Of a stretch of 35,028 nucleotides of DNA, positions 1 through 8,537 are shown piece after piece; position 1 is the first letter of the stretch, and every line of letters begins with the position of its first letter. The DNA is from a virus. Lineage: Duplodnaviria > Caudoviricetes. The notes beneath the pieces are model-generated. The model did no database searches and was not told where the DNA came from. It worked only from the letters and a program-made list of their open reading frames with translations. Where the stretch lies: positions 1-35,028 of IMG/VR virus record IMGVR_UViG_3300037791_000051, one strand, 5' to 3'. The position numbers and the translations under genes were made by a program.

Positions 1-233
1 CTAAGACGACCCACCGAGCTTGTCATTGTTGTGTATGGCCAAACGCTTTGCGCTGAGCTTGCAACCGCGATTTGAGGCGCTCTGGGTATAGCATCTTCGA
101 TCGCTGACCTTCACAAGCCCAAAGAAGCGCAGCAGACCAGCGATGGCAGACAATAGGCTATTAAAGGGCATCACGCTGAGTGGGCAAACAATTGCTTCGC
201 GGCTCCTCCACGGCATTCTCTGACGGATGCGCC

Positions 234-269
234 TTGCCAGTTGCCAAGTTGCCAGTTGCCAGTTGCCAG
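234..269 (+). repeat. Tandem heptamer (TTGCCAG)x5, second copy TTGCCAAG
   Basis: Read directly: ttgccag ttgccaag ttgccag ttgccag ttgccag. Confidence 0.9.
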
Positions 270-486
270 TGGTCCAAACAGGCCAACTGAGAGGCCGTGC
301 CACGGTAGGTATTGAACCACCGGCATGTGAGAGTTTGGGTAGGCGGGATGCTGGGTCGGCGGGACGCGAGCCAAACGGCATCTGGCTGGCCAGTCTTTTG
401 ACGACGGACCTGGAGAGCCATAAAAACAAAAACCAGTGATGACCTAAAATCATACCGGTCTAACCAACTGTTTTTCAGGTTTATTT

Positions 487-502
487 TGGCGACCTCGGCA
501 GG
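487..502 (-). other. Probable prophage attachment core (duplicated tRNA 3' end, possibly tRNA-Arg)
   Basis: Minus strand reads CCTGCCGAGGTCGCCA (T-stem 3' half, acceptor stem, CCA); tRNA similarity stops where the T-loop should be; AT-rich arm-like sequence adjacent. Confidence 0.7.
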
Positions 503-617
503 GTAGCCGATACCCTATTAAACTCAAAGAGTTGAGCTTTCCAACCCTGTTTTTAACCCTCTTTGATATGCTTAGGGTTTTCAGCGCCGCCCCCGCACCA
601 TTTGCAGGGGCTTCGAC

Positions 618-1256
618 ATGATCGCGGCGTTATACGTACAAACCGGCGGCTGCTATTTCGGGCTGGATGGCGTTGATCCTTGGGATGAGGAAAGAGACGC
701 GCGACGCTATGATGGGCCGCATCCAGTGGTGGCGCATCCACCTTGCCAGCGATGGGGAAAGCTGTGGGCGGGCCAACCGCTGTGGATCAAACGCACTGGC
801 GAGCGCAAAATCAAAGGCGATGATGGCGGATGCTTCAAAGCCGCGCTTCACGCTGTGCGCATCTGGGGTGGTGTTCTGGAGCACCCATGGGGCAGTCACG
901 CTTGGCCGCACTTCAACCTGAACAAGCCAGATCGCAAAGGCGGCTGGATCGCCGCTGATGCTTATGGTGGGTGGACGTGCTGCGTTGAACAAGGCCGCTA
1001 CGGTCATTATGCACGCAAACCTACGCTGCTTTATGCCGTTGGCTGCGATATGCCAGAACTTGAATGGGGCGAGAGCGAACCCTGTTTCCCGCCCGAAGCT
1101 ATTGAGAAATACGGCCTCGCCTATTGCAAGAAAGCTGGCGAATTGGCGTTCCAGGGCGGGGGCAAAGATAGCGGGCCACGCATCGGCACGCCAGAGCCTT
1201 TTAGGGATTTGCTTATCGGCATGGCGGCAAGCGCAGCCCTAGCCAAGCGTGTGTGA
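618..1256 (+). CDS. Minimal C5 DNA cytosine methyltransferase-like phage protein
   Basis: VVAHPPCQ (motif IV, PC), VLEHP (VI-like), EQGRYGH..RKPTLL (VIII-like), RIGTPEPF (X-like); motif I degenerate. Confidence 0.65.
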   Translation: MIAALYVQTGGCYFGLDGVDPWDEERDARRYDGPHPVVAHPPCQRWGKLWAGQPLWIKRTGERKIKGDDGGCFKAALHAVRIWGGVLEHPWGSHAWPHFNLNKPDRKGGWIAADAYGGWTCCVEQGRYGHYARKPTLLYAVGCDMPELEWGESEPCFPPEAIEKYGLAYCKKAGELAFQGGGKDSGPRIGTPEPFRDLLIGMAASAALAKRV

Positions 1257-1460
1257 GGTCTTAGGCGTGTGCTTGGGCTGGTTTATCTCTTGCAGCCCAA
1301 GGCCGAAAAGGCGCTCAAAGCAAGAGCGGCCTAGCCATAGGCAATCCTCTTTGCTCATGACGTGCAAACGCCCATCGCGTGTTTTAAGCCATAGCGCGCC
1401 GTTCTCACGGAAAACGTGCGGCTTGGGATCGGCTGCCCGATTGCCGTTTTCGTCAATCAT
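1239..1460 (-). CDS. Hypothetical protein, last gene of the late operon
   Basis: 73-aa ORF whose ATG overlaps the upstream stop (ATGATTGA). Confidence 0.6.
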   Translation of the reverse strand: MIDENGNRAADPKPHVFRENGALWLKTRDGRLHVMSKEDCLWLGRSCFERLFGLGLQEINQPKHTPKTSHTLG

Positions 1461-1662
1461 TCGGCTTGGCCCTTATGTAGCCCCGGCTTACATCTGCGGC
1501 CTGAACGCCTAGATCAATGACAACCGCACACAGCGCCTCTAGGGCGGCTTTGTCCGTTCCCATTGCCGCTTTGAGTTCCTTGGCTAGAGCAAGAGCCTGC
1601 CCTGCTTTCATGGCTTGCCCCATGGCCGTTTTGGCCGGTTTAATGTCCGTTGACTTTGACAC
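1453..1662 (-). CDS. Hypothetical protein
   Basis: GGAGAGG RBS before GTG; overlaps the end of the phosphoesterase gene. Confidence 0.65.
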   Translation of the reverse strand: MSKSTDIKPAKTAMGQAMKAGQALALAKELKAAMGTDKAALEALCAVVIDLGVQAADVSRGYIRAKPND

Positions 1663-2779
1663 GGCTAACCTCTCCTAAATCCCGGTGGAATGTGATTGCT
1701 TGAAGCTGTGCGCGGGCGGTGTAACCATGCGACACTGCATAGGCATCGCGTGCGGTTACAGCGCGTAGCTGCTCCCACTGAACGCCGCCAATGTCCGCGC
1801 TCTTATGATGATGCAAATGACCGGTAAATAGGAAACGGTGGCGCGTCTTGCCCCATAGCTCTGCAAACTGATCTGCAATAAAATGCACCATGCGTTCGGC
1901 TTTGGCCTTGTCGCCGTGATGCGCTGCCAGCATCACCTTGCCGTGTTGCCTGATAAACCACTCGCCAGGTGTTTTCTGCACTTTGATGCGTGGGTTGTCT
2001 TTATACCGTTCGGCCAGTGCGAAAAGAACGGCCATATAGGCAAACGGATCGTGGTTGCCGGGAATGATACGCACATCCACTTTTTCGTGCTTTAGCGAGG
2101 CGCTTTCTATCGCAGCAGCCAACGTGGCAATCGTCACGTCAATCGTTTTGAAATGCCGCGTGTCCACATCCAAAATGTGGCTGCTCTTGCGCGTCATGTT
2201 TGTTTGGTCGTCGGCGTGGGTTAAATCGCCTGCGCTCAATATAACAGCGGTTCGTGATGCTGGTGACGCGGCAACACACTGCGCCACCCATTCTTTTACG
2301 CGCTCAGATGCCGATTGCGTGTCGTAATCTTCGCCGGTTTCCTTGCCCCAGGCTTGAAGGCCCATGTGCACGTCTGCCAATGGATAGATTGTCAGTAAGT
2401 CGGCATCTGAATATTCAGGGATTGACACAACCGGCGCAGGCGTTAGCCCTTCAAAAGCTTCACGAATGCGCTCCAGCGTGCTATCTTCCAAGGCTTGCAC
2501 GGGCTTCTGCCAGTAAGTGCTTTTGCGTGAACCCGTCTCAGGGTCAACATTCACAATCCACCCGCTATGCGCCTCACCCGCCGTCACTTTGGCATCGGCA
2601 ATGGATGCGCGCACGCCATCGGATAGATGCAGCCCCGCCTGTATGGCCCGCCGTCTTCTTTTCCGGTAGGTGTTGAAATTGAGGCCCAGCGCGGCGGCTG
2701 CTTTGGCGCTAGAACCATGCTCCTCATAAGCCGCGAGCGCTTGCATCATCACGGCTTCGCTCATTTTATTTTTAGCCAT
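1640..2779 (-). CDS. Calcineurin-like metallophosphoesterase with N-terminal HTH-like region
   Basis: Motifs DVH, GDLTH, GNHD, HHGD, GHLHH; N-terminal 'SSAKAAAALGLNFNTYRKR' HTH pattern. Confidence 0.85.
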   Translation of the reverse strand: MAKNKMSEAVMMQALAAYEEHGSSAKAAAALGLNFNTYRKRRRRAIQAGLHLSDGVRASIADAKVTAGEAHSGWIVNVDPETGSRKSTYWQKPVQALEDSTLERIREAFEGLTPAPVVSIPEYSDADLLTIYPLADVHMGLQAWGKETGEDYDTQSASERVKEWVAQCVAASPASRTAVILSAGDLTHADDQTNMTRKSSHILDVDTRHFKTIDVTIATLAAAIESASLKHEKVDVRIIPGNHDPFAYMAVLFALAERYKDNPRIKVQKTPGEWFIRQHGKVMLAAHHGDKAKAERMVHFIADQFAELWGKTRHRFLFTGHLHHHKSADIGGVQWEQLRAVTARDAYAVSHGYTARAQLQAITFHRDLGEVSRVKVNGH

Positions 2780-3192
2780 CAGATTGCGCGCCCATAGACC
2801 GCCATCATCCCGGCCTCGTGCTGTTGAGCGCCGATCTGTATCACGCCATACTCTGCGCAGGCTTGGCCGTTCACCACCGGAACAATTGCCGCCTGCCCTT
2901 CTGCGATGAACAGGATAACATTAGCCTCAGGATTGGCCTCACGGCCCGTTACAGCCTCAAGGTATAATCCAGTGCGCTCGCGGCCCAAAAGCGTCACACG
3001 CTCAACTGTGGGCTGCTCTGATAGCGTTTGGGCGAACCGTTCAGCCGGTACGCACATCGCCTGCGCGTGAGCCTGGGGAATGGGCCACGCCAGATACACC
3101 ATCGCCATGATGACGACAAAACACGCGACTAAGCCAAATTGCAGGCACAAAAAAACCGCCTTACGGCGGCGGCGTTCAGCATTGCGGGGCAT
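2779..3192 (-). CDS. Exported or membrane-anchored protein, lysis region
   Basis: GGAGG RBS; basic N-terminus, hydrophobic stretch and AHA-QA signal-like site. Confidence 0.7.
   Translation of the reverse strand: MPRNAERRRRKAVFLCLQFGLVACFVVIMAMVYLAWPIPQAHAQAMCVPAERFAQTLSEQPTVERVTLLGRERTGLYLEAVTGREANPEANVILFIAEGQAAIVPVVNGQACAEYGVIQIGAQQHEAGMMAVYGRAI
3149..3170 (-). terminator. Intrinsic-terminator-like hairpin inside a coding region
   Basis: GCCGCC-GTAA-GGCGGT followed by a T-run. Confidence 0.55.
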
Positions 3193-3226
3193 CGTGGCCT
3201 CCTAGCTGGTTGGGATGATGGAAGGG

Positions 3227-3571
3227 TTAAACGCTTGAAAGCCAGACAATGACAGTCGCGGCGACGCCAACCAGAGCAGCAACAGCGCCGATGGCTGAAA
3301 AGATCGCCCGCCGAACGTCTTTCAGCACCTCACTGCGTTCAGTGCGAACAGCGTCTTGCACTGCGTTTTCAATCTCATTGTGGGCTACCCGGCCCGGCAA
3401 ATCAGAATTTTGACTTGTTGCACTCTCCAAGCGCACCACCCTGTCGCGTATATCGTCAATGATGCGGTTGGTTTCACCGCGTTCGACATTAGCGAGGTCC
3501 ATGCTCTTTTCGATATGGTTGAGCGTGGCGCGGATCGCGGCAACTTGTGCCTTCAGTTCCATTTCGGTCAC
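3227..3571 (-). CDS. Coiled-coil protein with C-terminal TM helix (lysis-associated)
   Basis: Start revised to GTG 3571 (GTGA overlap with upstream stop); heptad-rich body, hydrophobic C-terminus. Confidence 0.7.
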   Translation of the reverse strand: MTEMELKAQVAAIRATLNHIEKSMDLANVERGETNRIIDDIRDRVVRLESATSQNSDLPGRVAHNEIENAVQDAVRTERSEVLKDVRRAIFSAIGAVAALVGVAATVIVWLSSV

Positions 3572-3936
3572 TTGCGGCCTCCAATACGGGAAACGCCGAC
3601 AACCCCAAAAATGGCGACCACAATCAGGCCCGCCCACTCGTCGAGCGGTGGCGGCAATGCGGCGACAGACCATGTTTGAGGGTAGGCGCACCCGGCGCAC
3701 CAAAGCAGGCTGTAGATGATAACAGCGGCCCACCAGACGGCGAGCGGCGCGGCAAAGATCAGCATCAACCAAAAGCCGCCCGCACGCATCCAGTCTGCGC
3801 GGTCGCGGTATGCCTGTTTGATTATTTCGCCTTTGATGGCCTCGCGGTCGGTCTGCGCGTCTATGCGACGGTCAACCGTATCAAGCACGCGATCCAGAAC
3901 GCCGCCTGTCAGCCATCGCAGAATGCTAGTCAGCAT
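3568..3936 (-). CDS. Holin-like membrane protein
   Basis: N-terminal amphipathic helix plus two TM segments; in the lysis cassette. Confidence 0.65.
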   Translation of the reverse strand: MLTSILRWLTGGVLDRVLDTVDRRIDAQTDREAIKGEIIKQAYRDRADWMRAGGFWLMLIFAAPLAVWWAAVIIYSLLWCAGCAYPQTWSVAALPPPLDEWAGLIVVAIFGVVGVSRIGGRK

Positions 3937-4090
3937 TGCGCACCTGGTAGACGCCGAAGGCCGTTGCAGCGCTGATGGCCAGTTCCATCACGAACGCATC
4001 AAGGCCCATGAACGACCAATCGTAATAGCGGAAAACAGCCAGAACGATCAGGCCGATCAGGACGGCCCATAGTTTGTTGTATTTAGTCAT
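3926..4090 (-). CDS. Small two-TM holin-like protein, 54 aa (absent from ORF track)
   Basis: MTKYNKLWAVLIGLIVLAVFRYYDWSFMGLDAFVMELAISAATAFGVYQVRNAD; AGGAGG upstream; ATGA overlap with endolysin stop; fills the gap exactly. Confidence 0.8.
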   Translation of the reverse strand: MTKYNKLWAVLIGLIVLAVFRYYDWSFMGLDAFVMELAISAATAFGVYQVRNAD

Positions 4091-4869
4091 TTGAATTTGC
4101 CTCCTAGAAGCCAGCGCAAGAGCGCAACAAAAAAGCCGCTCTTAGGCGGCTGTGAGGGTGTTTCTTTGGGTTTGGGTATGTCAGGCGGTGGTGGCAAGAT
4201 ATCAGGCTGTGCGGCCTCTGTGAGAGGCGTGACGACATAAGGGATGCCGCCAGCCGCACGGATCGCACGCAAAAATGCGTTGTAATAGCCCGCTATAGAC
4301 GACCATTTGTCAGTGATGTTGACCGTGCGGCGTGCGTTGCGCAGATCGTCCTTGTCGAGATAATACGAAAGGCCCTTGCCGTGGCCATTCCACCGGCCAT
4401 CCAGCAAGCCCTTGAATAGCACCCTTGCGCTAATCAAAGGATCAAGCATGGCATCTGGATGCTTTACCAGATCGGTGCCAGCATCGCGGCTAGATCGGGC
4501 GTAGTTTTCTTTCCAGGTCAACTGCACATGCCCGCGCCCATAATATACATGCCCGGTTTCGGGATCAGGGCGCGCGTATTTTGCAACGGCTGAATTAGAG
4601 CCGCGCTTGCGGGCCAGATTGTTCACCGCCCTACGCGCACCAGCATCGGTTTTCGCCAAGCCTTCGCGCACCGGCACCATGCGCCGAGCCGTTTCGTGGT
4701 AGGCAGTGGCCAAGGCATAGGCCAGAGTTTTGGCCGATGCATCGCCATGGCTCATGAATGCGTCAAGAATGCCTTCCATGCCCTTCACCTGATCGGCGGT
4801 GAGCCTTGAGCCAAAGACGCCGCTATCGCGCTTGCGCAGTGCGTCATAGAACTTGGCCCTATCCATCAT
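4087..4869 (-). CDS. Endolysin, glycoside hydrolase family 19 (chitinase-like)
   Basis: AYALATAYHET, YYGRGHVQLTWKENY, ARRTVN motifs; start revised to ATG 4869 behind GGAAGGA. Confidence 0.9.
   Translation of the reverse strand: MMDRAKFYDALRKRDSGVFGSRLTADQVKGMEGILDAFMSHGDASAKTLAYALATAYHETARRMVPVREGLAKTDAGARRAVNNLARKRGSNSAVAKYARPDPETGHVYYGRGHVQLTWKENYARSSRDAGTDLVKHPDAMLDPLISARVLFKGLLDGRWNGHGKGLSYYLDKDDLRNARRTVNITDKWSSIAGYYNAFLRAIRAAGGIPYVVTPLTEAAQPDILPPPPDIPKPKETPSQPPKSGFFVALLRWLLGGKFK
4129..4151 (-). terminator. Intrinsic-terminator-like hairpin in endolysin 3' end
   Basis: AGCCGC-CTAAGA-GCGGCT followed by a T-run. Confidence 0.5.
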
Positions 4870-5222
4870 TCTTCCTTCCATGAAAAAACCCGCCGGATGG
4901 GCGGGCTGAGTGTTGTCCAGATCAGGACGGCTAAGAACGTGGGTTCAATTAGCCATCGTCGGTTGCCGGTGAGTTTGTCGCGCATATCCTGGCGCATGGC
5001 ACAAGCCGCTTTTGCAGCGGGCCATTTGTGCAGATGAAGGCGGGTGTCGTGTCGCCTTGCCACCCACAGCCACTCTGGATCATGCGGATTGACGAGCCAC
5101 TCAAGAGCGCGTGGCACGCTCACCTGAAAGACAAACCCCTTAGGTGCCGATCCACTGTCTCGCGTTAGGATGTAGTCAGTGCGGCCTATGCGCTGCCACG
5201 GGTATTCGCTATGATAGCCCAT
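4866..5222 (-). CDS. DUF1353-like phage protein
   Basis: PKGFVF..SVPR.LEW..P.....A..HD pattern; start revised to ATG 5222. Confidence 0.65.
   Translation of the reverse strand: MGYHSEYPWQRIGRTDYILTRDSGSAPKGFVFQVSVPRALEWLVNPHDPEWLWVARRHDTRLHLHKWPAAKAACAMRQDMRDKLTGNRRWLIEPTFLAVLIWTTLSPPIRRVFSWKEE
4883..4907 (-). terminator. Intrinsic-terminator-like hairpin just upstream of the endolysin start
   Basis: GCCCGCC-CATCC-GGCGGGT followed by a T-run. Confidence 0.6.
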
Positions 5223-5727
5223 TGTCAGGCCAGCGCGCATCATCGCGGAAGTCATCGCCAATCGGGTCATCAGCCTTGATGCTCCACGATGCAGCATAAA
5301 CCGCTGTGATGTAGCCCGCTGATAACTGCCACATCTCAATAACCTGCGCGGGGGTTAGCTGATGGGTTACGTTGTTGCCATCGCGGAAGGCTGTGAGCGT
5401 GGTGGTATCGCCAGAAGCAAGCCGAAGCTGTGCCGCTGTCACCAAGCCTTGCACGTTGCGCGTATCTTTGTCCCGGCCCTGCACGTAGATTGGCTCTGCA
5501 ATGCCGGTGACATTAACCACAACGCCTTGCTCAATCAGGCTTTCCGCGTGTGCGGTCACGTCGTCTGTAGTCGGCGCTGGTGGAACGTAAGCCGCGATGG
5601 CCACACCTGCATCCACAATCTCTGCATAGTGCCGGTTGCCCGGATCAACAGGGATCGACGCACTGGGCATGTCAGAGCGTGTGACTGAGGTTTGTTCTGC
5701 GTTTGCGTATTGTGCTGTAAAAGTCAT
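5209..5727 (-). CDS. DUF4376-like tail fibre assembly protein
   Basis: IPVDPGNRHY N-terminal motif, FRDGNNVTHQLTPAQV; directly after tail fibre; start revised to ATG 5727. Confidence 0.75.
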   Translation of the reverse strand: MTFTAQYANAEQTSVTRSDMPSASIPVDPGNRHYAEIVDAGVAIAAYVPPAPTTDDVTAHAESLIEQGVVVNVTGIAEPIYVQGRDKDTRNVQGLVTAAQLRLASGDTTTLTAFRDGNNVTHQLTPAQVIEMWQLSAGYITAVYAASWSIKADDPIGDDFRDDARWPDNGLS

Positions 5728-5728
5728 G

Positions 5729-6787
5729 TTAAAGCTCCGCGTCAAATTCTAACCAAGCAGACGCGCTGGACGCCCTAAATACTGATCCACCGCCAGTAGT
5801 CGGAAATGTAGAACTCACATCAATGCGCACCGATATTGTGCTCGGCCCGGTGAACGTGATTGCTGTAGCTGCTGGCGTCGTGTTTCCAGCCAAAATGCCA
5901 AAATGCGCCACACTAGAAAACGCACATGATGGTGCCGCCCGCATTTTCTCCGGGAATGTGAATGAATAAAAACCAACAGCAGTATTGTATGCAAGACCGG
6001 CTGCAATCGCGGCTTGAGTGCCCGCAATGCGATAATAGTACCGCACCGCACGCCGCAACTGCACATCATAAGGCAGCTGCTCAAACTCTGTTGCTGTGTC
6101 GCCTTGCTCGAATTGTACGGCTGTCAGCGTTCCGCTGTTAAACTCAACATTAAGATTAGTTCCGCCAGTAGCCGCTCCAGTCACGCCACTTGCCGCGTAT
6201 GAGCCTGCGCCTATCTTGCCTTGAGCTGTGCCGACCCATGAGAGCGTGTTTGTGCCGCTTTGCAGGTTGATACCTTCAATAACTTGGATCAAGGAGCCTG
6301 CCGTGATCGTCAGGGTTGTTACATTGGCGCTTGTCGCAAAGGTATAGGTGCACCCCGATGCGCCAGCTTTCCATCGGTCGTGACCATAAGCCCCTGCCGC
6401 TAGTGTAACTGTTCCTGATACGGCACGCTGGTTTACCGAAAAATCGCCGTTGATAAGCAGGTTGCGGAAGGTGGGTAAATTAGGCGAAGCCGCAATCGCT
6501 GTTGAAACAAAGGCGGTTGAGGCGATCTGCGTGGTGTTTGTGCCTGCTGTTGCTGTTGGCGCGGTTGGCGTGCCAGTGAGTGCTGGGGATGCAAGTGGCG
6601 CTTTATCCGTGTCAAGCTGATCAAGCGCCGCGCTTACTGTTGCGCCTGTAACGCCGCTATTGTTTACATTCGCGAGGTCGATAACTTGCTGGACGGTCAA
6701 CTTATTGGTGACACCATCCTTCGATGCTGGAAACTCAAAAGTCCCGCTGGGTATTATCGTACCGGGGAGGCTGCTAATTTTACTCAT
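5729..6787 (-). CDS. Tail fibre / receptor-binding protein
   Basis: APLASPALTGTPTAPT fibre repeat, TQIASTAFV, RNLLINGDFSVNQR; Gly/Thr/Ala-rich. Confidence 0.85.
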   Translation of the reverse strand: MSKISSLPGTIIPSGTFEFPASKDGVTNKLTVQQVIDLANVNNSGVTGATVSAALDQLDTDKAPLASPALTGTPTAPTATAGTNTTQIASTAFVSTAIAASPNLPTFRNLLINGDFSVNQRAVSGTVTLAAGAYGHDRWKAGASGCTYTFATSANVTTLTITAGSLIQVIEGINLQSGTNTLSWVGTAQGKIGAGSYAASGVTGAATGGTNLNVEFNSGTLTAVQFEQGDTATEFEQLPYDVQLRRAVRYYYRIAGTQAAIAAGLAYNTAVGFYSFTFPEKMRAAPSCAFSSVAHFGILAGNTTPAATAITFTGPSTISVRIDVSSTFPTTGGGSVFRASSASAWLEFDAEL

Positions 6788-6798
6788 AATCAGAACTC

Positions 6799-7728
6799 CT
6801 AAGCAGATGCAGAAAGCAGCACAGATACAAGAGACGCCCAGTCCCGCGAGAGGCGTTTGTTAAATTGATAGCGATCAATGCTGACGTTAAGAGTGTTTAC
6901 ATCGCCGCCGCCTTCATAAAAAATGAAATCCTGATCTGGCATGTTGCCGGTATTGACTGACATTACCTGGTCTAAGGAATATGGGTTAGGTGTTCTCGCC
7001 CAATTAAATGTCTCTTGGATCAAGAAATTAGACTCTGCCGTGCCTGCGCCCTGCGGGTCTGTGCCGTTGATCACCGTTGAGATCGCCAGTCGAGATTTGT
7101 TAGACAGGTTCGTGATTGTCGCCACGTTTGATGAGTTGGTGACAACGCGCGCCACCAGCATATCCTCATAATCGCTGTCGAAGTCGGTGTGCGTTTCATC
7201 ATGCGACGAGGGGTTATAAGTGCCCGACGCCAAATCTTTGAGTGCAAAGCCATCTGTGGGGTTCCAGCGAAGATGGTAAATCTTTGAAGCGTCTGTGCTC
7301 AGATCGGTTTGCGCGGTTGTCACTGAAAAAATACCGCGATGCAGGAAGTCCACACCGCCTGGAATACGCACGGTCCCTGTGCTTGGCGAAGTAACTACGA
7401 TGCGCCCATCAGTGTTCAGCACTTCGGGGTAGATCGGCAATCGTGCGCGCGCTTGGCTCATAAGAACGTAGCCCGCTGGGTTGCCGCCCGTAGACGCATC
7501 AATCAGCGCCTCAACCGCGCGGAAAAGAACTGTCTTATCGCCTTCGGAAAGCGATGCAACACCAGCCTCATCAGCGATGTTTTTAATTTGCCCTTGCGAC
7601 AGGTTGTGCAGATAATTGTGCATTGCAAGATCGAACGGGCCGCATGGGATGCCTAGCGACTGCTCTGTGCTGTCAGGCGCGCGCAGCTCACCGTTCTCGC
7701 CAAAAGGCGGGTCAAAATCGCTCATCAT
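6799..7728 (-). CDS. Baseplate-attached tail fibre/adaptor protein
   Basis: Position between DUF2612 gene and fibre; beta-rich C-terminus. Confidence 0.6.
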   Translation of the reverse strand: MMSDFDPPFGENGELRAPDSTEQSLGIPCGPFDLAMHNYLHNLSQGQIKNIADEAGVASLSEGDKTVLFRAVEALIDASTGGNPAGYVLMSQARARLPIYPEVLNTDGRIVVTSPSTGTVRIPGGVDFLHRGIFSVTTAQTDLSTDASKIYHLRWNPTDGFALKDLASGTYNPSSHDETHTDFDSDYEDMLVARVVTNSSNVATITNLSNKSRLAISTVINGTDPQGAGTAESNFLIQETFNWARTPNPYSLDQVMSVNTGNMPDQDFIFYEGGGDVNTLNVSIDRYQFNKRLSRDWASLVSVLLSASA

Positions 7729-7742
7729 TTTTCCTTTGAAAG

Positions 7743-8537
7743 TTAGGCGCAGCTATAGGGCTGCACGTCCACCGGGCAAAGCACGTCTGCCCCGTTAATC
7801 ACATCATCGGTGCCAATGGGTTCGCCATCTTCGGCAAGGATTGCATCGCCATTTTCAGCTAAGATGCCGATATTGTTGCCGACCAGCTCGCAAGCCGTAC
7901 CCCATCCCTCACCACCACCAGCAAGCGGGAAGCGGGTGCCAAAATGAAAGAGCACGCGCGTGCCAATCGCCACCGGCATAACGCGCGGGTATAGCTGCAC
8001 GATGGCAAGCTCTTGAGCCGTCAATTCGCGCGCTGGCGCAAGCACTACCCGGCCATGGCCTTCGTGCGCGACAAAGGCATTACTGCCCCAAAATATCTGT
8101 GCCGCTTCACGCAGTGCATGGCGGTCAATCTGGCGCATAAACTGGTAGCGCCGCACTTTTAGAAACTTGCGGTAAAGTTCATCATCTGAAAGCGTGACTT
8201 GCGAAAACCCGCGCGCATCGCAGTTGATCCAAGTGGCGTTTGCATCGCACGCCCCTGCAATCGGAAACGCGCTTACAAAGCCTTCGCACTCTGCCCCGTA
8301 GACGGGCTGCACATTGCAAACACAGTGCGTGCGCGGCCAACCCATCACCTTGCCGATCAAGGTTAGCTGATCGCCTACCGCCGTTTCCAGATCAAAGAAT
8401 GAAGGGATGGCCTCAACAGCTTCGGTGGCCTCTTGCACCTGCAAAAGCGCAGAGCGAATAACGTGCTGAAGCTTGGGGCTTTCCTGGTACTGGTTTATCA
8501 GCTTTGCAAGCCGTGGCTCCACCATATCCAAAGCCAT
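7743..8537 (-). CDS. Baseplate wedge subunit, DUF2612-like
   Basis: LINQYQESPKL, FDLETAVGDQLTLIGKVMG, LSDDELYRKFLK. Confidence 0.8.
   Translation of the reverse strand: MALDMVEPRLAKLINQYQESPKLQHVIRSALLQVQEATEAVEAIPSFFDLETAVGDQLTLIGKVMGWPRTHCVCNVQPVYGAECEGFVSAFPIAGACDANATWINCDARGFSQVTLSDDELYRKFLKVRRYQFMRQIDRHALREAAQIFWGSNAFVAHEGHGRVVLAPARELTAQELAIVQLYPRVMPVAIGTRVLFHFGTRFPLAGGGEGWGTACELVGNNIGILAENGDAILAEDGEPIGTDDVINGADVLCPVDVQPYSCA

Noticed and set aside
234-269. CRISPR array
   Set aside because: 7-bp units with no spacers
1-453. 150-aa minus ORF and overlapping ORFs left of att
   Set aside because: No recognisable motifs or RBS; the repeated WQLA/GNW peptides are just the translated heptamer repeat
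487-560. Complete tRNA gene
   Set aside because: Only the last 16 nt resemble a tRNA; no T-loop, anticodon arm or D arm
3572-3772. N-terminal extension of ORF 3227-3772
   Set aside because: It overlaps the holin-like gene in another frame with no lipobox; the GTGA-coupled start at 3571 is more plausible
5209-7728. Diversity-generating retroelement or invertible tail-fibre cassette
   Set aside because: No reverse transcriptase, invertase, template repeat or inverted fibre copy seen in the window
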